DNA of 64,000 nucleotides. Source: Lama glama (lineage: Eukaryota). Shown piece by piece: positions 30,561 to 43,105 of the stretch (its first letter is position 1; each line of letters starts with the position of its first letter). The translations under genes were made by a program, and so were the position numbers. The notes under the pieces were generated by a model. That model did not search any database, was not told the DNA's origin, and saw only the letters and a list, made by a program, of their open reading frames with translations. Location: positions 97,962,001 to 98,026,000 of the forward strand of contig CM052816.1 in NCBI GenBank assembly GCA_028534125.1, read 5' to 3'.

Positions 30561-30760
30561 TGGTCAGAGGGGAAGTGCACATATGGAGGTACTGGTTGTC
30601 GGAGGTGTTCCTGGGCTCGGGCTGGCGGGGCGTTCAGGGTGTGCATCATGTAAGACGGACAGACAGACAGACAGATGGCCATACATGGACCAGTGATGAC
30701 ATTGTAAACTGAATCTAGGATTGCGCCCAGAGCCCAATTCTCTGCATCTGAGGTCCGGCT

Positions 30761-30830
30761 AAAGAAAGAAAGAAAGAAAGAAAGAGAGAAAGAGAGAAAG
30801 AAAGAAGAAAGAAAAAAAAGAGAAAAGAAA
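30761..30830 (+). repeat. (GAAA)n purine microsatellite
   Basis: aagaaagaaagaaagaaagaaagagagaaagagagaaagaaag... Confidence 0.9.
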
Positions 30831-31874
30831 CTTGCCCTGTGGTGGTTGAGCTGCTACATGTCCAGAAGCTCAGGGACAAATGGACAGTTTATACATCTTG
30901 TGGATTGGCCTCAATTTCCAAATCCATCTTCCAAGATTGTCAGACACTCTCCATTAAGAGATGTAAGATTGAAAGGCGTTGAAATAAAAGGCCGTACAAG
31001 TCTTTCGGACAGTCCTGATTGTCCCCAGCCCAAGCAAATGCATCTTCTGCTCTGCATGACTCCGGAGCCCAGGTGGAGAGTCTGCACGGGGCGCACGCAG
31101 TTTCAACAACTTCTTTCAAACTGTTTTGGTTTCATCTGGCCACCAGAAGCAGCGCTGCGCTCCCCGGGTTGCTTGCAGGTGAGGCCACAGTCTGTGCTCA
31201 GTAAACACGCACTGTCTGAAGCAGTCCCTGCTGACATGCAAAGCATTTCCTTCCCAGACATGACAGTGACCCTGCCTGTCCCCTGCCCTTGGCCGACACA
31301 CGCTGACCCTCTTTAAGGGGTTTGTGGTGACGGACTGTTCGTGTCACGCGAACGCTGACCCGCCGGGCCTTTCCCGCAGTGATGCTAACAACCCTGCTCA
31401 TTTCTGTTCCTGCGTTTACCTTGTGTTTCCATCTAACTTATGGTCTATACTGAAGGTGTCTGATTATCAATTATTAAAGCAACCGGTTCAGGCTCAGATA
31501 GTGAGTCCTTGAGCAAACAGTTTAAGTCACTCAAAGAAAGAGGCTGGCAGAAAACAGCACGTTAATGAACAGAGTTGCCTCTCTGAGGCTTTTATTAGGA
31601 GTCGCCTTTAGGGCATATGTTGCAAACAGACATTTTAAAATTTAAGGACCCTTAAATGATCTCGCTTCTCTCTGCTCAGGCCCACAATACAGGTGATGCC
31701 TACTGGTGTCTCTCAAAAGAGATTCAAAGTGAAGAACAAAGAGCACTGTGGTTTGGCTGAGAAGAGCTGCCACTGCCTTGTGTTGAAGTAAGCGGCTCAG
31801 AAGGCTGCTTGTAAGATGGGCAGGGGAGAAGCTATTGTTTTGGTTTCAGCAACCCTTATTAGTTGACCATTCCC

Positions 31875-32220
31875 TTCAGTTTTTATTGCTGGGCCTCCAA
31901 TCAGCCTGAAACGTAATGGCTTAAAGCAAACACGATAATCTTATACTTTTTCGTCCATGTTACTGCCCCCCCGCCCCTCCTCTAAGGGGCTGGCTGTTCT
32001 TTCACTTGAAGGCACTCGGCGGGTGACCGGGCAGCCACCCTCCCTCCCGGCAGGTGGGCGTTGCAGGCTGTCGGCCAGAGTGCGTCCGCGTGGCCTCTCC
32101 GTGTGGCCTGGGCTTCCTCCCAGTGTGACGGCTGGGAGAACCCAGCGCCCTCAAGATACAGGATGCAGAAGCTTCCTCCTGAAGGCCTGGGCTTGGAAAC
32201 TGGCACTAGGGTCACACCAG
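31875..32220 (-). mobile_element. Old MLT1 (MaLR) LTR fragment
   Basis: ttttattgctg...aatggcttaaagcaa...gtggcctctccgtgtggcctgggcttcctcccagtgtgacggctggg. Confidence 0.55.
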
Positions 32221-33440
32221 CTCCGTCGACAGGATGTGAACTCAGAGGCACGGAGAACGGATGCCACCCTCGAAGGAGGCGCTGCACCTGGGCCGAGATG
32301 CCCGAGGGCTCCCGGTCTGCGGTGGAGGGGGAGCCCGGCTCCCTCAGCTGAGTGACCTGAATGTTGGGCTGGGGCTTGAGGAGCGGGGGAAGGGGCAACG
32401 CAGCGAACGGGTCTGCCTTGATCTCTTCCCAGAGTCAAGGGCTCCACGCGTTCAGTACTCCCTCCCTCCCTCCGTCAGTATTAGGCAAATGTGTCCACCA
32501 GGCCCTGGTGGTCACCAGCGGCTAGTGTCTGAGAGGACTGGCGTCCAGTTCCCCGCATCCTCGCAGGGAGAAGGGCGCAGCAGTGAGGCCCGTGCTGCCT
32601 CCTGAGCGGGCGGCAGGGGGCCAGCCTTTCACGGGGAGGGAGGATCCTGGGAGACTTGACCTTGACTGGGGCTCAGCCTGCGGGCAGTCAGCGGAGGCCC
32701 CGATGCTCCCTTCTGAGGCTGGCTCCTCCCCAGTTAGTTTCTGGCATCTTCAGTCCATGTTAGGAGGCGGGAGCCCCCAGATTGAAATTGGAACCCAGGT
32801 GAGTAATCAGGTGCCCAGGTGGCCGGCTGCATTAAGGAGCCTCAGTATGGACTTGTGAAGCAGTGAGATGCAGGGAGGCGCTGGCTCTCCCGACAGATGC
32901 GCCAGGCTGGGGCCGGTGGATCAGCGCAGCCTGGGAACATCGTCCCACTGCCCCAGAGCCCCAGACCCAGGGTTCTTGCCTCTGTATGGACTTAGGGGGC
33001 TGGGAGGGAGAGGGGGCAGGGCCAGGGGTGGAAAATGCCTGAGGGGATAAGAGGGCTCTGCCTTGGTGCCTAGGCAGGGAATTCACACTTACGCAGGAGC
33101 AAGTCTGGCTTGGGGAGCTTCCATCTTTGGTGGCAGTTCCCTCCCGAAAATCATAGTATGTCCTTGGTGCAGGGAGCCTGGTGGGGGGGCTGGCACCCCG
33201 CCCCCCTGTGAGGCACACATCTAGGGTCTGGCCTGAGGGATCACACGTACAATTCTGGCCTGAAGCTGACCCTTTGGTGACCAGAACAAGGCCCACAAAA
33301 TAGGGTTGTAGAGGGTGGAGAGGGAGGGGGCCCTGGAGCTGGGCTGGCTGCGGGCAGGAAGTGGCAGCGGGTAGGCAAGACCCAGGCCCTCCCCACGGGC
33401 AGCATCTCCTCCTGGCACCGCTCCCCCCCAGCCCCCGTCT

Positions 33441-33506
33441 CCTGCCCTCCACAGCCCCCTCCCCCTGCCCTCCACAGCCCCTCCCCCTGCCCTCCACAGC
33501 CCCCCT
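33441..33506. repeat. C-rich minisatellite, ~23-bp unit x ~3
   Basis: cctgccctccacagccccctccc repeated about three times. Confidence 0.8.
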
Positions 33507-36070
33507 CAACCCCTTCCTTGGGGTGTTAGTCATTGGCTCCTTACCTCCCACCCCCACCCGACAAGCTCCCCCAGCTCCCTCCCCCAGCGGAGCAGGACGC
33601 CTCACTCCCACTGTCCTGAGAAGGCAAACAGCTTCCCTGGCCTCTAGCTACCTACTGCTGTTTCTCTCCTGGTCTCTGTCTGCAACCTGAGAACCTCTCC
33701 TGCAGCCCTGGCCGCCCCGGCCGCCCTGCCCCTCCGCTGCAGCAAGGGCGCTGGGCACCCATTTCCCTCTGAAGGGCCTTCCCTATGTTTGGGGCAGAGC
33801 TGCTGTTTGCTCGTCCCGTGCTCACTTTTGCCTTCCTGACCAGTGGAAACCCGATTCATCTGAGCCAAAACTACATCCATCGAAAAGAATCCGTGTTTCT
33901 GGCGTCCCTTTCAGCTAAGGTGGGAGGGAAGCAGCGAGGCCCCCTGGGTTCCTCCACCAAGTGCCACCGGATGCCCGGACCTGAGGTCTCACCTGGCAGG
34001 GGCTTCCACCTAGGGGCTCCTCTGCCAACATCCCCCTCCATCCCTCATGGTACCAGTCCCAGAGGGAGGGCAGCCGGGCCCCTGAGGCAGGTTGGTGACT
34101 GGTTGGGTGTCACCTCTTCATGTTGTTGCCATCACAGACTGGGAGCCCAGGTCTGGTTCCCAGGGAGACGGGGCTTTGCTAGAGGGAAGTCCTTGCAAGT
34201 GAGTTTTAGTGTCAGTCGCTCTTGAGAGAGTTCCCCGGCCGGGCGGGCCGCAGGAAGGCCTTTCTCTTTCCTCTCTGCCAAGAATGCCACAAGCTCTGTT
34301 AGAAAAATAATTCATCTTGGCCAGAGCCCTGGTGTCTAGACAGCCTGCTTGCCAAGACCCAGGGCCTGCTTCAAAGAGAAGGAAGGAGGTGGCAGACAGG
34401 CTGAGATCACAGAGCGGAGCTGCCCTCGGTGCTGACTCACCCCAAACCCTCCGTCCCGGTGGGTGCTTCCTCTCCCAGGGCGTGGGTGCCCTCCGTCCAC
34501 CTCCGCTGGACACTAGCTCAGATTGGGGAGAGGTCAGACTCCCAGTGTGAACAGGAAGCTTCTGGACTCTGAGGCTCATTTTGGGTTTGGCCAGAGCTGG
34601 CATTTCCAGAAGCCCCAGGGCCCAGAGGCTGGCTCCCCCAAGGAAGGGGCACAGGTGGGAAACGGTCATTCTGCGTTACTGGGAGACTTAGCAGAGAAGG
34701 GAGGGGTGGGTCCTGGGGGCCGGGACTCTGCCCACTTCCGAGACCCCCGGGCTGCCCCGTGCCGCGCTCTGCTGAGGTCACTCTGTGACCTCCATGGGGG
34801 CGGGCCTCCTCCCTCTCAGGAGGCCCCATGGGGAGGCAGCTTCACTTTGGCCTGCAGGGAAGTGGGGGGACAGGCTTTGCCCAAAAGACCCCATCCCCCA
34901 CTCCGGGGTCAACCCATTCCTGAGGTCTCCCACAGTGTCCCAAATACAATCACATTGGAGGCTAGGGCTTCAGTGTAGGAATTTGGGGGGCAGGGCACAA
35001 AGTGGAGGATGTTGGTCTCACAGTGAACCAAAAGGCGTGCCTGCCCTTTGGTTCGATGTGCCATCAGCCTGGAGTCTGGGGCTCTGGGGAGGTTCCTGGA
35101 GGGGTGGGGGTGAGTCTCCTTTCATTGTTGGTTAGAAGCAGACATTCTGCAGGTGGGTTAGAGGGAAGCTGAGGCTGGCAGACACCTCTTTTGTCTGACA
35201 GTCTTGCCTTGCTGTTCTGGGAGAGCGGTGCTCCTGAACCCACTGGTTCCCTGTCCCTGGGTGGCAGGTAAGACGTGAGAGAAGCAGCTTCTAGAAATGC
35301 CCGACCTGTTGCGTCCAGAGCTGCTGTGGGCTGTGTCCACCTGACGCTCTGTGCTGCTGAGGTCCACGGGGTTTCAGATTGTTGGTGGCCCCACTGTGCG
35401 TGGTGGCTCTTTGCAGAGACCGCGTGGCTGTGGGCACTAAGGTTTCACTGCATTGGGGCTCTCCCCCCTGGCACAGGCACCTCCTGAGAGCAGAGGCCGT
35501 GGGGGCTGACTGGGAATGCAGGTCTCGGCCACCGCCCTTTGGGGGGGCACTGATAAATTCCCTTTGTCCCTGCAAGGGTAGGGAGTGCAGACTGTGCCAG
35601 GATGAGCACTGGACCAGGAGCCCATCTCACAGAGCCAGTCCCAGCCACCCAGCTGCACGTGCTTGCCCTGCCTGAGCCTCGCTGTCTGCACCTGTGCAAT
35701 GGCTGGTGTTCGCACCGCACGTTAGAGTCGCCTGGGAGCCTTGGAAAACATAGCCCACCCGGAGGGCCTTCCTCCATGGGCCTGGGAAAGGCCTGGGCAC
35801 CGGCATTTCAAAGGCTCCCTTGTGCAGCTAGGGTCAAGAACACGGGCTGGATGAGCTGCAGGGCCCCTCCGAGGCCCCACTGAGACACTGTCTAAATTTT
35901 CCATCTGGAAAAATAAACGGGTTCCCCAAATAGCCCATCTTGTTTGGCAAAGGAGAAGCATCAATAAACTCGCTCATTCAACAAATATTTATCAGCTGTC
36001 TCTTATGCGCAGAGCCCTGTGCTGGACCAGGGGTGGGAAGGTGAGGGTGGAGGTGGCAGCCAGAGCTGGG

Positions 36071-36085
36071 CCACCAGGGGGCTGG
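36071..36085 (+). promoter_or_regulatory. Candidate CTCF site
   Basis: gggCCACCAGGGGGCTGG has the 12-bp CTCF core CCACCAGGGGGC; motif match only. Confidence 0.35.
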
Positions 36086-36380
36086 CCCATCCCCTCCGCA
36101 GCCCTGAGCCCTGTCACCACCTCCCGAGGAAACATGTCCCTGCCAGAAAGCAGGCAATCCCACAGGGCCACAGGGCTGGCCCTGGGCGTGCCCGGCACCC
36201 GCTCCGCCAGCAGCCCACGCGCCAGAGCAGCTCAGCGCCTCTCCTGCCGACATTTTAGTAGAAAGGAGAGTTATTCAAGAGCAGCTACCAAAAGTCTGCA
36301 GGGAGAGGGGCATTTATCTTCCTGAGACCCAAACCGTCAAATTCCTCAGCCGAGTGACTCTCATCTTTCAGGAAGGATGT

Positions 36381-36512
36381 TGGGAGGGAGGGAGGGAGAG
36401 AAGGAAGGAGGGAAAGAAGGAGGGAGGGAGGAAGGTTGGTGGGAGGGAGGAGGGGGAAGGATGGGGGGAGGGAGGAGGGAGAGGAGGGAGGCAGGAAGGG
36501 AGGGAGGGAGGG
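36381..36512. repeat. (GGAG/GGAA)n polypurine tract
   Basis: About 130 bp of almost pure G/A. Confidence 0.9.
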
Positions 36513-37149
36513 TAACTTGAGTGGGCCAGGCAGGGTCACCGTGGGGACAGCCGACCCCTCAAACAGCAGGAGCGGCAGGGGGCCAGTCTCACTCTGAGCA
36601 GCAGCCCTCTTCAAGGCTGAGGGAGGAGGTGCATTTCCACAGTGGAGAGGGGCTCGCGATGGATCTGCAGAAAGATCTGCAGCGGCTCTGGCCTCCCAGC
36701 AGGCCCCAGGCCTCCTGCCCCGGCTTTGGGAGCTCAGGGCTGTGAATGGATCAGAGGCTTTCCAGCCAGAGAGCCTTCCCAGGAGGGGGCGGCGCCTCTG
36801 CTCAAACCGCGGGAGCCCAGGAGTGCCGATTCACTTACAGATGCCCGAAAGGTACAACGTGCTTTTCCTGTCAGAATCCTGGACCTCTCTTCCAGGGCCA
36901 GGCAGGGGGTCCTCAACTGGCTGACCCCAAGACACCTGGGGAGGGCCGGGCCCCTCTTCTGATCCCCAGTGGGGGCTGGGGGTGGAGCCTGGGAACAAGG
37001 AAGACAGACCACACTGCCCCCTACAGGACGTCGTCCTTAAATACGCCCCTTCCCCCAGTGTGGGGGCCTTCGTGGTGCCCTGAATCCGCCCCCCGGCCTG
37101 GGGGTGTGTGGGGCACTGGGAAGGACTTCCGTATTTCACTTCCCTCTAG

Positions 37150-37640
37150 AAAGCAACAAGCCAAAGCAAACAGCGCAGCACACGGCTCACAGCACCACTG
37201 GTGGTAACAACCCAAAGGTGGGAGCGACCCCAGTGTCCACTGGCCATTGAGCGACAAATGGAGAAGTAAAATGCGGCCCATCTGCATGACGGAGTATCAC
37301 CCGGCTATATGAAGGTCAGGGATCCTGACACAACGGGGACGGACCTTGAAACGTGCTCAGCGAAGGCAGCCAGACACAAAAGGTCGCATATGGAATGATT
37401 CCTTCTACCTGCAATGTCCAGAGCAGGCAAGTCCATGGAGGTGGAGAGGAGCTTGGCGCTGGGTAGGGGTGTGCGGGGCGGGAAGCAAAGAGAACAGGGT
37501 TTCCTTTCTAGATGATGAGAATTTTTCAGAATTGACTGCAGCAGTAGTTGCACATGACCGTGAAGGCATCAAAACCCATCAAATTGTAAACTGCAAATGG
37601 GTTCGTGGTATGAAGTGAGAATCCTGTCTCAGTAAATGTT
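37150..37640 (+). mobile_element. L1MB-type 3' end
   Basis: ggaccttgaaacgtgctcagcgaaggcagccagacacaaaaggtcgcatatggaatgattcc...gtccagagcaggcaagtccatggag. Confidence 0.7.
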
Positions 37641-40229
37641 GGAAACCAAAAACAACAGCTGTCTGGGGCACCAGCGCAGTCTCTGCAGCTCAGTGACATT
37701 CCTCGGGTTTCTGTCTACACCACCGGCACCAGCGACCCCATGCAGGACACAAGAAGATGGAGAAACTGCCCGGGGGCAGGGGTGAGCCTGCCGGCCCCTT
37801 TGCCTGCCTGCAAAGGCGGGGCTGAGACTGGCTGCGCTCCTGGTGGCTCACTTAAGAAGCACATCTCACCCTTACCCTCTCAGCAAAGCTGCCATCTATT
37901 CAGATGTTACTCAAGGACCCCCCCCCACCCCGGGCCAGGCACCGGGAAGCCGCTCTGCACCTGCATTTTGTGGCAAACCTTAGTGCCTGGAAGTTAGCTG
38001 CACGACTCGGTCCTCCAGTGCCCACGTATCTGCTGAGAGCCCCAGATGGCTGCCCGAGGCTCCGTGGAACATGCAAAGTTAGACACTAGTAACCCGCACA
38101 GAATAACCTGACCAAAAATCTGGACACCCCATGGCCAAGTCAAGCTGACCCCAAACTAACCATCAGGAACTCCAAGGAGCCACACACCTGTCGCACAGGT
38201 GTCAGAGGGTGTGAGAGGCAGTGCTTAAGGTCCGGGAAGAAGCTAAGTGGACACATTGAAGCTGAGCACAGCCTCCGCTCCTTCCTGAGGGCGATGCCGG
38301 GGGCGTCTGGGATGGGTGGGAGCCCAGTTTTCTTTTCTGCATGGAGGGAGAGTTTGGGGCTATTTTCTGTTGCTTGTAAGCCAAGTTCTGCAAAGACCTG
38401 TGCACCCCTTTCCAGAGGAAGATACATGACACGCAGCACCCGGGGGGGAGGGCAGCTCGTATCTGCACATTTCTAACGAGACTCTGCTCTGCCTCGAAGT
38501 TAGAACTGCTGGCTTTTTTTTTTTCTATTAAAGAACAGGGGCAAAAAATTGCCCTCTGGTGCCCCCACTGATTGTACATCCTCATTAAGCCAGTCCCAAG
38601 TAAGAAGGTTGGGCGCTGGGCGTGGGTGCTGCCTCTGGCCGTCATGTTTTTCTTGGGGGGCTCGATGAGAGAAAGCAGGGTGCTCGTGCTGTAGAACTGT
38701 GCCCTGCCCCCCACCCCCAGGATGCCGGCAGAGGCCCTGCTGTGGCTCGGGGCCCATTTGTCATTTGCCCTCAAGGATTGAGTCCAGAGGTGCTGGACAA
38801 CTTGAGGGCTGAGGATCGGACAGAGGGCCGGAGTGGAGCCGGCCATGCCCCGGTGTCTCTGGACAGTGTTCTGTGGGGAAAAGGCCCGGGAGGAGGAAGA
38901 GCACTGGGCTGGTCTTTGCCTCCAGATATTCCCCAAATGCCCACCCACTGCCGGGCAGTATCTCCAAGCGGGAAGCCTCCCAGAGAGGAAGAAGACCCCG
39001 CACCGGGGGGTCCTAGAGCACCTCAGTGTGAACAGCGGAGACACGGAGGCCCTGGGTGACTGGGGGCGGGGTGAGGACAGGGAGTCCTGCTGTAGCTGAC
39101 CTCAGCGCTCGGTCCTGCAGGGGACCTTTCCACCCCCCGGGCCGACAGCTCGGAGCAAGAGCAGGAGCCTGGTGTTAGCAGACAGCAGAGGTCTCTGTGG
39201 AGGCTGCGCGGAGGCTGCGACGCCGGCCGCAGCCCGGGGTTCGGAGACCCCGGGGAGTAAGACGAGGAGCTCCGGCTTCCAGCTCCCAGGGCTGGAGAGC
39301 TGGCACCTGCCCAGAGCCGGGCCAGTCCGCTGTGGATTCTCAGGGGAGAAACTGTTTCCTCCTGATCGTCAGAGCCAAGAGCAGCTCTAGGGGGAACTGA
39401 AAAATTGTCTGCTCTCTGCTGGGGGGCCCAGGAGAAGACAGAGGGCGCAGCCCTGCCCGTCTTCCCGGTTCCAGCCTCGGTCTTGACCCTCTAGTCCTGC
39501 GTGACGAAGACCTGCAGGCAGCGCCCCGAAGGGGCCAAGGGTCCCAGGTCACCCAGAACCAGCGGTGGGCTGGGCCGCGTGGGAGCTCAGGCAGTGTGCC
39601 GGGGAGGAGAGCGGCGGGACGGGGCCAAGCAGGTGGGTGAGCGGAAGCATGAGACTCGGACTGCCTGGCCGGAGCTTTGGCGTGAGGGTGGCATGCACAG
39701 GGTGGAACCCACGAGGGCCACCGGGACGACCTGGAAAGGGAGGCAGGAGGCGGAGCTGGAGGGACCAGGCACTGCTGGCCTCCCCTGGCGGGGACCTGGG
39801 AGTTCAGCGTGGGGCTGACTCACGACATTGCGGTGCCTGTTTATTTACCTTCTGTCCTTTGCTCACTTGTCATTCTGTCTTTACACCTGCTGATCCAATG
39901 GCGGTTTCTCTTCGATTTTAAGTCCCCAGAGACACGAGCCGTGAGTTAGACTCCATCAGGCACTAGACAGAGACGGTTTTCCGCTCAGCTCAATTTCAAA
40001 ACCCAGCTTGACTGAATCTTTCACTTGTGAATGGCCTCAACCTATGCTTTGGATGACCTAGCACTCATTTATGCATTTAATAAATATTAGCCGAACATCT
40101 TTGCCCTGTGCCTGGGCCCGGGGGGAGAGAAGGTGGGTCAGGCGCGGATTCTGTTTTCTCCAAGGAGTCAGATATGTATTAGTGCAGATACAGTACAGAT
40201 ACAGATTAGTAATTACAAATTATACGATC

Positions 40230-40930
40230 ACCTTACGAGAAAAACAGAGAATTGGCAAACGGCTACAATAAGAATGTTTCTCACTGTTGATGGATACCTA
40301 GTTAAGTGTAAAAAACCAACAGTGTTTCTTTGCATCAGAAATAATCAACATGGAAATACAAAAATATATAAAGTGAGATACTACAAATAAGAACAAAAAC
40401 TATAAAGCGCGTAGGAAGCATCCAAGACTATACGAAGCTTCTGTGGCGAACGGTTACAACTCTAGTGGCGGACCGAGAAGCTGATGTGGATAAATCGGGA
40501 ACGATCCACGCTCCGGGAGGGGATGACAACATTACAAAGAGGACGTTTCCTCGCAGGCGAAGCCCTACACCTAATGTAAGCCCAGTCACATTTGCAGTTG
40601 AACGCTTTTACGGGGACTTGATACACTTACTCTAAAATTTGTTTGGAATCTCCAAAGTCTTTGAAAAAGAGGTGGAAGAGGGAGGTTGTCCTACACTGGA
40701 TATCAGGAGAGTCTGTGAAGATGTGGTAGTAAAAGCAATGTGGTACTTCTGAGGGGAGAAAGCAGTCAGTGAGGGAGGAGGGCCGGCTCAGCGGTAGAGT
40801 GTGTGCTTAGCGAGCACCAGGCCTGGGTGCAGCCCCGGTAGCTCCACGGGGATAGGGCTTAACAACACAGGAAGGAGAAAGTCAGAAACTGCACCGGACC
40901 CGCAGCCCATTTACACGTTTGTAAATTACG
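40230..40930 (+). mobile_element. Ancient L1M ORF2 fragment
   Basis: aaccaacagtgtttctttgcatcagaaataatcaac; cttgatacacttactctaaaatttgtttggaa; degenerate L1 ORF2 motifs. Confidence 0.55.
40773..40846 (+). mobile_element. Diverged Vic-1-like SINE head
   Basis: gggaggagggccggctcagcggtagagtgtgtgcttagcgagcaccaggcctgggtgcagccccggtagctcca aligns to the other two copies. Confidence 0.6.
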
Positions 40931-40989
40931 CAAGGGTGCCAGCGCCCCAAGCATCCGCCATGTTTTACAGGTGCCACAGAGGCATCTGA

Positions 40990-41370
40990 TGTCCAGTCTC
41001 TACGGGTCTGCCTCTGCTGGATGTTTCCTACGAGTGGACTCATCCAACACATGGTCTTTTGTGGCTGGAATGATGTTTCCAAGGTCTCTGCATGTTAGAA
41101 AATCATCAATACTTCAGTGCTTTTTATTGCTGGATAATAGCCCACTGTATGGACGTACTGCTTTTTAAATTTCTTCATCATTTGGTGGTCATTTGGCTGT
41201 TAAGAATGGTGCTGTAAAACTTTCTGTGTGAACCTCTGGTTTCATGTCCTCTGGGTCTACACCCAGGAGCGGAATAGCGGGTTCGCATGGTGACTGTGCT
41301 TCACTCTCTGCGGAACCGCCGACTGTTTTCCCGAGTGGCTGCATCCTCTCACCTGCCCACCAGCAGCGTC
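40990..41370 (-). mobile_element. L1M 3' fragment
   Basis: ctctgggtctacacccaggagcggaatagcgggttcgcatggtgactgtg...ctgttttccgagtggctgca. Confidence 0.65.
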
Positions 41371-41501
41371 CAAGGCCAGACTCCTAATGCCAAAGGAGCC
41401 CTGGGGATGCTTTTGGGTTGGAGTGTCATTAAAGACACTCTACTTTACTACTACACTACTAAGAAGCCTGCAGAGCCTCAAGGATGGGGTGGAGCCTGGC
41501 C

Positions 41502-41503
<2 letters not shown>

Positions 41504-41534
<31 letters not shown>
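41504..41534. repeat. (TG)n microsatellite
   Basis: About 15 TG units. Confidence 0.95.
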
Positions 41535-41536
<2 letters not shown>

Positions 41537-42264
41537 GGGGCTATGGGTGTGTGTTCGTGTTCATCCTCTGGGGACCCCCGCGGGTATAGCGGATCAGGCC
41601 CTCAAGGGTGGCCACCCAGTGACACAAGGTGGGACACCTGGTGAGCCGGCTGGCTCTGGCTGTCTGGGAGCTCTCTGGTGACTCCAGGTCCAGCCCCAGC
41701 CCACAGCCCTTCTGGACGGAGCACTGCTGGTATCTCTGCTCCTGACCATGCCTCATTGTCCCCTCGAGGTGCTGGCCAGGTGGGACCTGCACTCTGCAGG
41801 TCTCCCTTTGCTGGAGCTGATCCTGCTCCAAGGTGGGGCCAGGGCACCCACGATCCAGGAGCAGAGCGGTGGTGCACCTTCCTTAGCCCCCAGACAAGAG
41901 CATCCCAGGCAGGAGGCGTACTGAGCGCCGTAAAATCACAGGCCGGCTGGAGCACCTAGCTTAGTTTAATTACCTTGTTTTAACTCTGACCCCTGGGGCT
42001 CGGAGATGCTCAGGGGCCATGGCTCATGGGGAGTCAGCGTTCTGGCAGCCAAGGGGCTGCTGCCAAGCACAACTGTGCCTCATGCTCCACCTAACGTCAG
42101 TGCCGTGCCTTGGCCACCTCATTGCTCTGGGAAGCGGCTCCTTCCTGCTCAGGGCTGTGTCTGCACCATTTGCCTAGAGAATTTCTCTCCAAACAGGTGA
42201 AGTCCAAAGGCCAGAGACCAGGGAAACTTGTGTTCTCGTGTGGGGTCTGGTGGAGGGCTGTGCA

Positions 42265-42690
42265 ACAGGTTTCCTCAAAACTTAGTGGTTTCATGCAACA
42301 CATGCTTATTTCATAACAGTCCCTGTGGGCCGAGAATTGGGGCCTGGCTTTGCAGGGTCCTCTCTGCCCTCCACGTGATGCCGAGGCTTCAGTCACCGCA
42401 GCTTGAAATGGAGAAGGCCGGGCCCCCCACCTGCTCACCTCCAGTTCTTTGAGGGCTGTTGGCCGGGGTTGTCTTCAGGGCCTCACCACGTGAGCCCCAC
42501 CAACATGGCAGCCTGCCCAGTGGGGACGCAGGACACAGTCACTGGCTTTTGTAATCCAATCACAAAAGCGACTTTCCCTCCGTGGTGCCCTGCTCTGACG
42601 GCTTGAAGCAGCCACTTGAGGGGAGGGGAATATACAAGCCTGGATCCCAGGGGATGGGCGTCCGCGGGTCACACTAGGGGCTGCTGCCAC
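42265..42690 (-). mobile_element. MLT1 (MaLR) LTR
   Basis: cctcaaaacttagtggtttcatgcaacacatgcttatttcataacagtccctgtgggccgagaattgggg... Confidence 0.65.
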
Positions 42691-42701
42691 CAGGCTCAGA
42701 G

Positions 42702-42765
42702 CAGTGCTGTCCATCAGAAGTACGATGCAGGCTGCATACGTGTAGTTTTAAATTTTCTTTAGCCA
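42702..42765. mobile_element. MER33/MER3-like hAT MITE end, cut off by the gap
   Basis: cagtgctgtccatcagaagtacgatgcaggctgcatacgtgtagttttaaattttctttagcca. Confidence 0.5.
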
Positions 42766-42865
42766 NNNNNNNNNNNNNNNNNNNNNNNNNNNNNNNNNNN
42801 NNNNNNNNNNNNNNNNNNNNNNNNNNNNNNNNNNNNNNNNNNNNNNNNNNNNNNNNNNNNNNNNN
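42766..42865. other. Assembly gap (100 N)
   Basis: Run of N. Confidence 1.
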
Positions 42866-43105
42866 GCATTATGTTGTCGGTTTTTATGGCTGAGTAGTAT
42901 TCCACTGTATAAATGTACCACATCTTCTTTATCCAGTCACCTGTTGATGGACATTTAGGCTGTTTCCATGTTTTGGCTATTGTAAATAGTGCTGCTATGA
43001 ACATTGGAGTGCAGGTGTCATCCTGAAGTAGATTTCCTTCTGGATACAAGCCCAGGAGTGGGATTCCTGGGTCATATGGTAAGTCTATTCCTAGTCTTTT
43101 GAGGA
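42866..43105 (-). mobile_element. Young camelid L1 ORF2 C-terminal fragment (its 3' end is lost in the gap)
   Basis: LKRLGIDLPYDPGIPLLGLYPEG...[44 protein letters not shown]. Confidence 0.9.

Noticed and set aside
32832..33611. 259-aa minus-strand ORF
   Set aside because: Its length comes from the G-rich minisatellite (GAVEGRGRG repeats); no homology recognised.
38202..39044. 280-aa minus-strand ORF
   Set aside because: No recognisable domain, no Kozak ATG or splice context, and a composition typical of a chance ORF in GC-rich DNA.
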